From a virus (taxonomy: Duplodnaviria > Caudoviricetes), in IMG/VR virus record IMGVR_UViG_3300020467_001103, positions 1 to 44,341 of that record: 44,341 nt of DNA; one strand, written 5' to 3'. The notes beneath the pieces are model-generated. The model saw only the letters and a program-made list of their open reading frames with translations. It searched no databases and was not told where the DNA came from. Below are positions 1 through 9,140 of the stretch, one piece after another. The position numbers and the translations under genes were made by a program. How positions within the stretch are numbered: position 1 is the stretch's first letter; each line of letters begins with the position of its first letter.

Positions 1-141
1 AAAACGTTAAATGAAGACTTTAATCTTATACCTATGCTAACACAATTAGACGAAACAATTAACATAAGTAATGGTGTGTACATTACAGACGATGAGGATC
101 ATACCAATTTGCTGTTCATTAAACAATTAGATAATGAGTAA
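1..141 (+). CDS. C-terminal fragment of hypothetical phage protein (5' truncated by window)
   Basis: Frame 1 open from base 1 (KTLNEDFNLIPMLTQLDET...) to TAA 139-141. Confidence 0.6.
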   Translation, partial: KTLNEDFNLIPMLTQLDETINISNGVYITDDEDHTNLLFIKQLDNE

Positions 142-238
142 TAGTACACAAATAAATACAATTGATTAGGCACATTTAGGCAAATACAATTAGGCCCTTC
201 CACAGAGAAAAATAGATAAAGAAACGGAAGAGAGAAAA

Positions 239-475
239 ATGGGAACAACTGATTTAGAAAAACAAAATCTAGAAGCACACGTTGATTTGTGCGAACAAAG
301 ATACAAAAACTTAGAATCTCGTCTATCAAACATAGAAGAGAAAGTTGAGAGTATCCATGTTGACATTCAGTCAGGCAACAAATCCATGGTAAAAGTTATT
401 ATAGGTGCAACAGGTACCATAGTAGCAGGTCTCTTATCCACAATAGTAGTTCTATTATTAAAGTTTCCAAGTTAA
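239..475 (+). CDS. Coiled-coil protein with C-terminal transmembrane helix (holin/XhlA-like architecture)
   Basis: Heptad-like N-terminal half, hydrophobic C-terminus VIIGATGTIVAGLLSTIVVLLL. Confidence 0.6.
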   Translation: MGTTDLEKQNLEAHVDLCEQRYKNLESRLSNIEEKVESIHVDIQSGNKSMVKVIIGATGTIVAGLLSTIVVLLLKFPS

Positions 476-524
476 TCATAATACCACCCATCACCGCTAA
501 ATAACACTGTAGAGCAGGTTATTC

Positions 525-860
525 ATGAAAATAAGTGAAATTGTAGCAGAGTCAGTCGTACAGATTTGGTCACGTACCAAGGCTGGAAAAATGGTGCGTA
601 AGTACAGATGCACAGCAGGTCCACGTAAAGGTAGGATCGTGAGCAGTCCATCAGTATGCACACAACCAAAAAGATTGGGTTCTGTGATGGCAATTAAGAA
701 AGCCAAAGCACGTCGTGGATCAACCATGAAGATCAAACGTTCATTCACTAAACGTACGTCGGCTCCTAGTATCAGAGTAAGTAGACTGAACAGAGCGGCA
801 AGACCTAGCAGAACTAGGTCAAGTTTTAGATCAGGAAAAAGAAGGAGCATTAGAAGATAA
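525..860 (+). CDS. Highly basic protein, putative virion-internal DNA-binding protein
   Basis: Very R/K rich; N-terminus MKISEIVAE resembles the T4 capsid-targeting sequence; TAAATA upstream at 498-503. Confidence 0.6.
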   Translation: MKISEIVAESVVQIWSRTKAGKMVRKYRCTAGPRKGRIVSSPSVCTQPKRLGSVMAIKKAKARRGSTMKIKRSFTKRTSAPSIRVSRLNRAARPSRTRSSFRSGKRRSIRR

Positions 861-1234
861 TGAGATTCAAAGAAATAGCAGAGACTCCGTATCTAAAAAA
901 AACTTTGAAACAGTTTGGACAACAGTCTAGGACTGGTGCACCTATGCCTGCCAACAAATTACCAAAAGGACCAATCAAGAGTGCTGTGAAAAGTAAAATC
1001 AAACAACAAAACACACAAACCAATACGCAATTAATGAAGAAGGGCACGACGATGCCTATACCTACAGCACAAGGACAAGAAACGGATTATGAAGTGGACG
1101 ACGTAAAAGGAGATGAAGTGACTCTAACAACTAAACAACCGTCACAACAAGCGCCACAATCTATAAAGGTTAATAAAAAGGATTTGAATCCTGTAATCAC
1201 TAACCTACAACGCAGACAAAAAGCAACAACATAA
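860..1234 (+). CDS. Hypothetical protein, putative head-internal
   Basis: TAATG overlap with upstream gene; N-terminus MRFKEIAE. Confidence 0.65.
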   Translation: MRFKEIAETPYLKKTLKQFGQQSRTGAPMPANKLPKGPIKSAVKSKIKQQNTQTNTQLMKKGTTMPIPTAQGQETDYEVDDVKGDEVTLTTKQPSQQAPQSIKVNKKDLNPVITNLQRRQKATT

Positions 1235-1449
1235 TGAGGATAAACGAACTTATTCAAGAATTTACTATCCAAACCTCAAATGAGGAAAAGGAGGTGCTCG
1301 GCAAATTAAAGAGTGCTAAAAATTTAGATACTTTTATGGAAAGAGATCAAGAAGTAATAAATCAGTTAGTAAGGAAAAGTCTTGTACGCAAGATAGAACA
1401 GGACAATAATGTTATGGTGGTTGCAAATGCAGGTCAAGAAACTAGGTAA
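1234..1449 (+). CDS. Small hypothetical protein, putative head-internal
   Basis: TAATG coupling; N-terminus MRINELIQE. Confidence 0.65.
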   Translation: MRINELIQEFTIQTSNEEKEVLGKLKSAKNLDTFMERDQEVINQLVRKSLVRKIEQDNNVMVVANAGQETR

Positions 1450-1852
1450 AAGACTCCAACGATTTATAAACGAACAGGCAGAGAAAGTCTGTATGCCTAT
1501 CCAACACGGTAATAGTGTTAGGGTTAAAAACTATGTGATAAGGCAAAACCCACATGGCTACCTACTTTATGATATCAACCAACACAAACAGATTACCACA
1601 ACATTTACCAAAACAGCGGCATTGGCCCTAGCAAAGCAATTGGCTGATGATCCCAAAAACAGCATTAAACACATAGTAGATACAGATGAAAGCATACAAA
1701 ACAAGTATAATGAGTGCATATTCTACAAATACACCATGACCACAACCGACGATGATATCAAACGGGAAGTGACTAAAATACGTTATGACATCGTGTGGGA
1801 GGATTTACTCAAGTTAAGAGACACCTTAGACAACTACATATTTGATAAATAA
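1427..1852 (+). CDS. Hypothetical phage protein
   Basis: ORF 1409..1852; ATG 1427 preferred for shorter overlap. Confidence 0.65.
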   Translation: MQVKKLGKRLQRFINEQAEKVCMPIQHGNSVRVKNYVIRQNPHGYLLYDINQHKQITTTFTKTAALALAKQLADDPKNSIKHIVDTDESIQNKYNECIFYKYTMTTTDDDIKREVTKIRYDIVWEDLLKLRDTLDNYIFDK

Positions 1853-1872
1853 ATTAGCGAAGGAACAAAAGC

Positions 1873-3084
1873 ATGAAAATAGAGCAGTTTAGACAAGAAT
1901 TAACTACAGAACAGTTAAACGACAGACTTTCTAAGGTATTCGGTACCTCTATAGATTTAGACAAATTCAGCACAGAACAATTACAAACAGCACAATCTAA
2001 CGTTGCTGGCAAGATTGCAAACATTGAACAATCAGAACCATTTGATGGATTAAGCCATAACGAAGACTATCACAAGCAAAAAATGTTCCTAGATGTAATC
2101 ACATCAGCAATAAAAGATAGACAAATAGCAATAGAAGGTTATTACAAAAAAGTTGACCTAGCGGCAGATGAAATGTTAGGTGATTATGTTGATCCAGAAA
2201 AAGAAGCATTAAAAATGAACAAAGATGCCGTAGCCGCTGATATCAAATCAAGAGCAGACAAGGAAGATTCAGAAGTAATAAAAAGAGCACTTGAAAAACT
2301 TGAATTAGAATTTGAAGACGATGGCACAATGAAAGAACCAGAATACGAACCAGAGCCAATGGAAGGCAATGCTTTCGCACAGGCAGTACAAAAAGCCAAA
2401 GCGGCGGGGATGAAAAAAGGTGACAAGTTTAAAGTAGATGGTAAGGAATACACTCTACAAGATTGTGAAAATTTAATAGACGAAATGAGAAAGAAAAAAA
2501 TGAAAAAGATGGATGAGAAATCAAAACCAGATTATATAGATTTAGACAAAGACGGAAATAAAACGGAGCCGATGAAGAAAGCGGCTAAAGACAAAGAAGA
2601 AAAGAAAAAAGTTAAAGAAGGCGCAGAGGAAGAAGCACAATTAGTAATGGCGGCTAAAGACATGGTTGACAAAGTTACTGGTTGGATGGAAGACACAGCG
2701 TCAATGCAATCAGAAACAATTTTAGAATTAGGCGATGCAATAAGAGATGAAGAAGGCTCAGAGAAATCAGAACAATTCATAAACGCAGTTAAACCAGCAC
2801 TAGAATCTTTATACACTTCACTAGAAGCAACAAGAGAAGCACTAACAGGCGGCGTAGCCGTACTGACAGGCGAGAATGCTCCAGACACAATGGGAGCAGA
2901 TGCTGAAGAACCTGCAATGGAACCAACTACAGATGCAGATGCAGATATGCCAGATCAGTCAGATGACTTTTCTGCAAGTGAACCTGCTTCAGGTGGTGAG
3001 GAACCTGCAGACAGAGAAAAGCGAGAACACATAATTAGACTGTCAAGAAGACTTGCTGAAACACTGTCAAAAAAAAAGGCTTAA
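1873..3084 (+). CDS. Acidic/charged prohead core or scaffold-like protein; probable -1 frameshift extension to 3404
   Basis: 403 aa, D/E/K rich, N-terminus MKIEQFRQE, DxDxDG motif (DLDKDGN), GATAAATA and AGGA upstream; ends on TCA AAA AAA AAG GCT TAA. Confidence 0.6.
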   Translation: MKIEQFRQELTTEQLNDRLSKVFGTSIDLDKFSTEQLQTAQSNVAGKIANIEQSEPFDGLSHNEDYHKQKMFLDVITSAIKDRQIAIEGYYKKVDLAADEMLGDYVDPEKEALKMNKDAVAADIKSRADKEDSEVIKRALEKLELEFEDDGTMKEPEYEPEPMEGNAFAQAVQKAKAAGMKKGDKFKVDGKEYTLQDCENLIDEMRKKKMKKMDEKSKPDYIDLDKDGNKTEPMKKAAKDKEEKKKVKEGAEEEAQLVMAAKDMVDKVTGWMEDTASMQSETILELGDAIRDEEGSEKSEQFINAVKPALESLYTSLEATREALTGGVAVLTGENAPDTMGADAEEPAMEPTTDADADMPDQSDDFSASEPASGGEEPADREKREHIIRLSRRLAETLSKKKA

Positions 3085-3404
3085 AAGAGGCCTCCAACAA
3101 AGAACTAATACAAGTTCTTAGAAATCTAAAAAGCGACGCAGACTCTCAAGATCAGAAATCATATCTAAGTTTCATCGCGTTGAATAGAATTTTGAATAAC
3201 GTTGGAGGCTTATCAATCAATTACGATTCATTCAAACAAGCATACGACAATAATCCAACACTTAAAAAAATGATTAAGAACTTTGACCAGAAAGGTGTCA
3301 CACTTGATACCAATGCTGAAGGTCCTGATGTGCCTACAACAAAAGGCAAACGTACCAAAGGCTTGGACGCAATGGCAAAGAGAGCAACCAAAAAACGCAG
3401 TTAA
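3060..3404 (+). CDS. -1 frame coding segment, likely frameshift extension of 1873 ORF
   Basis: Frame opens after TGA 3057-3059, spans the A9G run 3069-3078; first possible start is TTG 3180 with no SD. Confidence 0.55.
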   Translation, partial: NTVKKKGLKEASNKELIQVLRNLKSDADSQDQKSYLSFIALNRILNNVGGLSINYDSFKQAYDNNPTLKKMIKNFDQKGVTLDTNAEGPDVPTTKGKRTKGLDAMAKRATKKRS

Positions 3405-3407
3405 TTC

Positions 3408-3436
3408 TTGACATACTACCAATAGTATTGTAATAT
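3408..3436 (+). promoter_or_regulatory. Sigma70-type promoter, leaderless-type spacing
   Basis: TTGACA-N17-TAATAT, ATG 6 nt downstream. Confidence 0.75.
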
Positions 3437-3442
3437 TAAGAG

Positions 3443-3841
3443 ATGAGCAGAACAAAAGATCAAATAATCCACGACGTTGAATCAGTGATAGACAAATATA
3501 TTAAAGTATCTGTTGAACAACATGGTGGAGCAGTTGCGGTAAAAGATTTTGATGTTGACACAGGCAAACTGACCATGTTGATGAAAGGTGCCTGTTCGGG
3601 TTGTGCTGGTAGCACTGCCACTTTACAAAAAGGTATTGAGTCAACCATGAAGCATTATATTCCTGAAGTAAAACAAGTTGTGGGAGAAGATGATCCCAAC
3701 AGCACTGTGGATCCGTATTACACCAATGAATACAATCCATGGAACGGTCCAACATACGATAATATGTTAGATGAGTTAGATAGATTGTCTACAGAGAATG
3801 GTGGCAATATTTCCAACGACACAGATAAAAATAATAATTAA
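3443..3841 (+). CDS. NifU-C/NfuA-like Fe-S cluster carrier
   Basis: HGG...MKGACSGCAGSTATLQKGIE motif typical of the NifU C-terminal domain. Confidence 0.9.
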   Translation: MSRTKDQIIHDVESVIDKYIKVSVEQHGGAVAVKDFDVDTGKLTMLMKGACSGCAGSTATLQKGIESTMKHYIPEVKQVVGEDDPNSTVDPYYTNEYNPWNGPTYDNMLDELDRLSTENGGNISNDTDKNNN

Positions 3842-4524
3842 TGTCATTGATTGTAAAACGTTTCGACTACACAAAATTATCACGCACATCATTAGACGGT
3901 AAGAGAGTATACGCCTGTCCAGATGGAAATGCAGTGGCAAGTGTCACAACAATTTTAGATTCTACAAAAGATAAAACGCATCTACTCGAATGGCGTAAAC
4001 GGGTTGGAGAAGAGACAGCAAAAAGAATTACAAAAGAAGCATCGGGCATGGGAACTCGTATGCACAAATACATTGAAAACTATATCAACGATGGCACTTG
4101 GGGTACGCCAGGATCAAATCCTTATTCACAACAAGCATTTAAGATGGCACAGGTGGTTCATAATAATGCACTAAAAGATGTTGATGAAATATGGGGCAGT
4201 GAGGTTGGTTTATATTTTCCAAAAATATATGCAGGCACCACTGACTGTGTAGGACAATACAAAGGAAACCCTTGCATAATTGACTTCAAGCAAACCAACA
4301 AACCTAAAAAGAAAGAATGGGTAGAAGATTACTTTTTGCAATTAGTGGCCTATGCAGAAGCACACAACGAAGTATATGGAACGGACATTAAGGAAGGTCA
4401 CGTGTTCATGTGCAGTAGGAAACTAGATTATCAGCAGTTCGATATCACACCAATCACATACAATCATTACAAAAAAGAATGGTGGAATAGAGTAGAAGAA
4501 TACTACATTAAACACGCAGTTTAA
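3841..4524 (+). CDS. PD-(D/E)XK family phage exonuclease (Cas4-like fold)
   Basis: SVTTIL, GTRMH, AGTTDC, IIDFKQ, QLVAYA motifs. Confidence 0.85.
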   Translation: MSLIVKRFDYTKLSRTSLDGKRVYACPDGNAVASVTTILDSTKDKTHLLEWRKRVGEETAKRITKEASGMGTRMHKYIENYINDGTWGTPGSNPYSQQAFKMAQVVHNNALKDVDEIWGSEVGLYFPKIYAGTTDCVGQYKGNPCIIDFKQTNKPKKKEWVEDYFLQLVAYAEAHNEVYGTDIKEGHVFMCSRKLDYQQFDITPITYNHYKKEWWNRVEEYYIKHAV

Positions 4525-4579
4525 AGACTCCACTGAAAGAAGCAAACACTCGATAAATACTCACAGTAGGATTTATTAT

Positions 4580-6202
4580 ATGGCTATTGTTTCAATATCA
4601 AGAATACAGATTAGAAGAGGTAGAAAAAACCAAGGTTCAGGATTACCACAACTAGCGGGTGGTGAACTGGGTTGGGCAGTTGATACCCAAGAATTATACA
4701 TAGGTAACGGTGCAGTATCAGAAGGTGCACCAGCAGTAGGCAATAGTAAAATCCTAACAGAACACGACAATCTATTTGAATTAAGCGATCAATACACTTA
4801 CAAGAACGGAACAAGCATACAAACAGGTTCTAGTTCATCTAATCCTGTACAAAGAAGTTTACAATCAAGACTAGACGATTTTGTTAATGTAAGATCCTTT
4901 GGTGCAAATGGAGACGGCACTGATCAAACTCTTGCACTACAAAGAGCAATAGATCAATTATTCCTACCTTGGTCAAGCGCCACTGATGCAGACAGTTTAA
5001 GAAAAAGAGTTACATTAAAATTAGACGCAGGTCTATACAAAATTAGCAATAGTTTAAAAGTGCCACCATACGTGAATCTAGTTGGTGATGGTTCAGACAA
5101 AACTGTGATAGAACAAACTGGAGCATACGCAGTAATAGAAACAATTAATGGAAATGGTATTAATGCACAAACAAGTTCAACCAATCAATCTAACATTATT
5201 AAATTAGAAGGAATGACATTAAAAAGTTATCTAACTAATCCAGCATTAAAATTAAGTAGCACCAAAGACAGTCAATTTATAGATATCAAATTGCAAGGAC
5301 CATGGACACAAGGATCGTCAATCACTTCTACACAGATTGGATTGTTAATGGAAGCAACATCAACACCAGTAACAACACAAAACAATAACTTTGAGAAACT
5401 TAAAGTTGTAGGATTCAGTTATGGAATATTATCTAATCACGATGTTGCAAACAATCATTTTGAAGACTGTGTGTTTGAAACTCTTTCATATGGTGTGTAC
5501 TGGGGCAGAGATACAGCACTAGGACAAGTTGCACAGGCGACAGGACCTATCAACAACACAATTACAAATAGTAGATTTACAAATATTGACAAAACAGGTT
5601 ATTGGGTAAAAGAAGGAAAAGGAAATGTTAGTAAGGAAAACAGTTTTATTAAAGTAGGTAACGATGGTGGATTAGACACAGCACCAGTCCATGCCGTAAT
5701 AAGATTTGATGCAGATAACAATATTTCAAAAAATGATTTCTTTGCTAGAACAGAATCATTAATGGCTAATACAAGCACAATGACAAACGTTGCATACATA
5801 CCTGAAGTGCAAGGCAAGTTCAACAATGAATTATCCTTTGTAACAAAATTCAACATAGGGCAATTAGCATCAGCGACAAGAGTTGCCAAATTACCTGCAG
5901 ACAACAGCAGACATTACAAAATAGAATACACTTACAACAGTTCAATAAGAAATGCATTCAGATCAGGCACACTAGACATAAACATTGACAGAACAGTAGA
6001 CACAGTAAACTTGTCAGATGAGTATGACTTTTTAGGCGACACGGCAAACAATACCAATTCAACTAGATTAAACTTCACAGCAAGTTTATCTGACGAGAAC
6101 TCAGACGGGGCAAAAGAATCATGCATTATACAGGCAACAAATCCATCACTATCATCAAATGAAAACGCACAAATCATATTCAAAGTTAGAAGTATCTCAT
6201 AA
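4580..6202 (+). CDS. Tail-associated protein with pectate-lyase-like beta-helix
   Basis: N-terminal IQIRRG..LAGGELGWAVDTQELYIGNG; VNVRSFGANGDGTDQT..QRAID beta-helix start; GATAAATA at 4552. Confidence 0.8.
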   Translation: MAIVSISRIQIRRGRKNQGSGLPQLAGGELGWAVDTQELYIGNGAVSEGAPAVGNSKILTEHDNLFELSDQYTYKNGTSIQTGSSSSNPVQRSLQSRLDDFVNVRSFGANGDGTDQTLALQRAIDQLFLPWSSATDADSLRKRVTLKLDAGLYKISNSLKVPPYVNLVGDGSDKTVIEQTGAYAVIETINGNGINAQTSSTNQSNIIKLEGMTLKSYLTNPALKLSSTKDSQFIDIKLQGPWTQGSSITSTQIGLLMEATSTPVTTQNNNFEKLKVVGFSYGILSNHDVANNHFEDCVFETLSYGVYWGRDTALGQVAQATGPINNTITNSRFTNIDKTGYWVKEGKGNVSKENSFIKVGNDGGLDTAPVHAVIRFDADNNISKNDFFARTESLMANTSTMTNVAYIPEVQGKFNNELSFVTKFNIGQLASATRVAKLPADNSRHYKIEYTYNSSIRNAFRSGTLDINIDRTVDTVNLSDEYDFLGDTANNTNSTRLNFTASLSDENSDGAKESCIIQATNPSLSSNENAQIIFKVRSIS

Positions 6203-6662
6203 GCCTAATATATTTTTTGGAACATACGAACAAAGACTAATTGACTGGAAAAATATTAGAAGTATTATAAACGAAGAGCAAAATCCTTTAGAAATTCTAT
6301 CTAAAATCTATTTTTACTGTCCTAGAACTAAAACAAAGACAGATGAATACAAAACTGACACATGGTTAGAGCCTTGGCAGTTGCTTGAAAGAAATGATTA
6401 CAATGAATTTGACCTTTCATTGTTATTATGTTATACTATAATGATAACAGAACAGTTTAAGGACAGCCAAATACTGATACATAATGTCATATCAAAGGAA
6501 ATTGAATCCAACAACCGTAAGTTTAGTTACGTAATTGAATTTAATAACCAATTTTTAAACGTAAACGATATGGTAATAATGACCAAAGAACTGTTTGACA
6601 AAAATTACGTTCTGCATTATACTCATAATATAAAAAATAAGATAAATATTGATTTAATTTAA
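6159..6662 (+). CDS. Hypothetical phage protein (start uncertain)
   Basis: 167 aa ORF filling the gap between tail gene and nrdA. Confidence 0.6.
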   Translation: MKTHKSYSKLEVSHKPNIFFGTYEQRLIDWKNIRSIINEEQNPLEILSKIYFYCPRTKTKTDEYKTDTWLEPWQLLERNDYNEFDLSLLLCYTIMITEQFKDSQILIHNVISKEIESNNRKFSYVIEFNNQFLNVNDMVIMTKELFDKNYVLHYTHNIKNKINIDLI

Positions 6663-6679
6663 TAGGAAATAGAATACTA

Positions 6680-9094
6680 ATGGAAGTCGCTGAACAGATA
6701 ATCACAACAAATACATCAAACATTAAAGTACAAAAGAGGGACGGACGTCTAGAGCCATTAGATATCGATAAAATTCACTTTGTTGTTGAAGAAGCCTGCG
6801 AAGGATTAACAGGTGTTTCGAGTTCACAAATAGAAATAAATGCAAACATTCAATTTTACGATGGCATTACAACAAAAGACATTCAACACGTATTAGTAAA
6901 ATCAGCAAACGATTTAATTACATTAGAAAATCCTAACTATCAATACGCCGCCGCCAGACTTCTCTCTTATGATGTGAGAAAAGAAGCACATGGTCAATAC
7001 GAATACATTCCTTTATTAAAATTAATTCTTAGAAATATTAAATTAGGCGTTTACGATAGAACAATAGTTGAAAAATATCACAAGTCAGAAATTAAAAAGT
7101 TTAACACTTGGATCAAAAGAGATAGAGATTTAGATTTTACATACGCAGGTCTAAGACAAGTTGTGGACAAATACCTTGTGCAAGACAGAAGCACGGGAGA
7201 ACTTTATGAAACTCCACAAGATATGTACATGATGATCGCGGCAACATTATTCGCAGAGTATCCTAAGAAGACTAGAATGAGTTATGTAAAAAAATATTAC
7301 GATGCAATTTCACAATTTAAAATAAACATACCAACGCCAGTAATGGCAGGAGTAAGAACTCCTATAAGACAATTTGCTTCTTGCGTTCTTGTAGACAGTG
7401 ATGACACTCTGCCAAGTATCTTTTCAAGTGATATGGCGATTGGATTATATGTTGCCAGAAGAGCAGGTATAGGAATCAACGCAGGACGTATCAGAGGTAT
7501 TAATAGTAAAATTAGAGGTGGGGAGGTTCAACACACTGGAGTCATTCCGTTCCTTAAAAAATTCGAATCAACTGTGAGATGTTGTACACAGAATGGTGTG
7601 CGTGGTGGAAACGCAACCGTACACTTTCCTATATGGCACCAAGAGATTGAAGACATACTTGTATTAAAAAATAACAAAGGTACTGAGGACAACAGAGTTA
7701 GACGTATGGACTATTCCATACAGATGTCTAAACTGTTCTATGAAAGATTTATTAATGAAGAGGATATAACTTTATTCTCTCCACATTCCGCTCCTGGATT
7801 GTATGATGCGTTTGGAACAGAAAAGTTTGATGCACTCTATAAGAAATATGAAAAGGATAAATCCATTCCTAAGAAAACAATCTCGGCACAGGAACTATTT
7901 GCAGACTTACTGAAAGAAAGGGCAGAGACTGGTAGAATCTATGTAATGAATATAGATCATTCAAACTCACACTCTAGTTTCAAAGACAAAGTATCAATGA
8001 GTAACTTATGTCAGGAAATTACATTACCCACAACACCAATTAAATCCATAGACGATCCTGAAGGTGAGATAGCACTTTGTATATTGTCAGCAATCAATGT
8101 TGGAGCAATAGGAAATTTATCTGAACTTGAAGGGTTATGTGATTTAAGTGTTAGAGCATTAGACGAAATAATAGAATTACAGGACTATCCTGTGAAAGCG
8201 GCAGAAGTATCTACTAAATCTAGACGTTCTTTAGGCATTGGATACATTGGGTTAGCACACTATCTCGCGAAGAACGGTGTTAAGTATTCAGATCCAAAGG
8301 CGTGGGAGTTAGTAGATAGACTTTCAGAAGCATTCCAATATTACTTGTTGAGAGCAAGTTGTGATATAGCAGAGGAAAAAGGCAAGTGTAAAGCATTTGA
8401 TAGAACAAAATACGCAGATGGATTACTGCCAATAGATCATTACAAAAAAGAAGTAGATGAAATAGTAGTACACAAACAGAGAATGGCTTGGGAAACTTTA
8501 AGAAAAGATATTTTAAAACATGGACTTAGACATTCCACACTATCGGCACAGATGCCCTCGGAAAGTTCTTCCGTTGTTAGTAACGAAACTAACGGCATAG
8601 AACCACCAAGAGCACTCCTTTCAATTAAAAAATCCAAAAAAGGTCCATTAAAACAGATAGTTCCAGGTTTCCCTAACTTGAAAAATGCATATACTTTGTT
8701 ATGGGACATGGGTGGTAACGAAGGATACATCAAGATTGTATCTGTTATGCAGAAATATTTTGACCAAGCAATATCAGGCAACTGGTCATACAATCCATTA
8801 CAATATGAAAACAACGAAGTACCATTATCAGTAATGGCGCAAGATATGTTGATGGCATACAAATATGGATGGAAGACAAGTTATTACCAGAACACATATG
8901 ACTTTAAGGGTGAAGAGGAAGATGTGCAACCATCGGGTATTGATGCTCCAGTTATTCCAAATAAATCCCATGTTAATGGCGAACATTTAAACGGTGAGTC
9001 ACACGTCAACGGTGAACACTTGAATGGTGAAGCCAAGGTGCAAGAACAACTACAGGATTTAGAAGATGGAGAGTGTGAAGCCTGCACAATATAA
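6680..9094 (+). CDS. nrdA: Ribonucleoside-diphosphate reductase class Ia alpha subunit
   Basis: ATP cone (VQKRDG), PTPVMAG, FASCVL, SNLCQEI, MPSESSS, KTSYY, C-terminal CEAC. Confidence 0.98.
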   Translation: MEVAEQIITTNTSNIKVQKRDGRLEPLDIDKIHFVVEEACEGLTGVSSSQIEINANIQFYDGITTKDIQHVLVKSANDLITLENPNYQYAAARLLSYDVRKEAHGQYEYIPLLKLILRNIKLGVYDRTIVEKYHKSEIKKFNTWIKRDRDLDFTYAGLRQVVDKYLVQDRSTGELYETPQDMYMMIAATLFAEYPKKTRMSYVKKYYDAISQFKINIPTPVMAGVRTPIRQFASCVLVDSDDTLPSIFSSDMAIGLYVARRAGIGINAGRIRGINSKIRGGEVQHTGVIPFLKKFESTVRCCTQNGVRGGNATVHFPIWHQEIEDILVLKNNKGTEDNRVRRMDYSIQMSKLFYERFINEEDITLFSPHSAPGLYDAFGTEKFDALYKKYEKDKSIPKKTISAQELFADLLKERAETGRIYVMNIDHSNSHSSFKDKVSMSNLCQEITLPTTPIKSIDDPEGEIALCILSAINVGAIGNLSELEGLCDLSVRALDEIIELQDYPVKAAEVSTKSRRSLGIGYIGLAHYLAKNGVKYSDPKAWELVDRLSEAFQYYLLRASCDIAEEKGKCKAFDRTKYADGLLPIDHYKKEVDEIVVHKQRMAWETLRKDILKHGLRHSTLSAQMPSESSSVVSNETNGIEPPRALLSIKKSKKGPLKQIVPGFPNLKNAYTLLWDMGGNEGYIKIVSVMQKYFDQAISGNWSYNPLQYENNEVPLSVMAQDMLMAYKYGWKTSYYQNTYDFKGEEEDVQPSGIDAPVIPNKSHVNGEHLNGESHVNGEHLNGEAKVQEQLQDLEDGECEACTI
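8966..9031 (+). repeat. Tandem 11-aa repeat (SHVNGEHLNGE x2) in NrdA C-terminal linker
   Basis: Two 33-nt units with identical peptide; 9 of 11 codons differ synonymously. Confidence 0.9.
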
Positions 9095-9096
9095 AG

Positions 9097-9125
9097 TTGA
9101 CGTAAATCAAAAAATTTGTTATAAT
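9097..9125 (+). promoter_or_regulatory. Sigma70-type promoter for nrdB
   Basis: TTGACG-N17-TATAAT. Confidence 0.8.
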
Positions 9126-9140
9126 TGATAATTATTAGGT

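Noticed and set aside
3841-4524. CRISPR-Cas system suggested by Cas4-like nuclease
   Set aside because: No repeat-spacer array or other cas genes seen; lacks the Cas4 four-Cys pattern; typical stand-alone phage exonuclease
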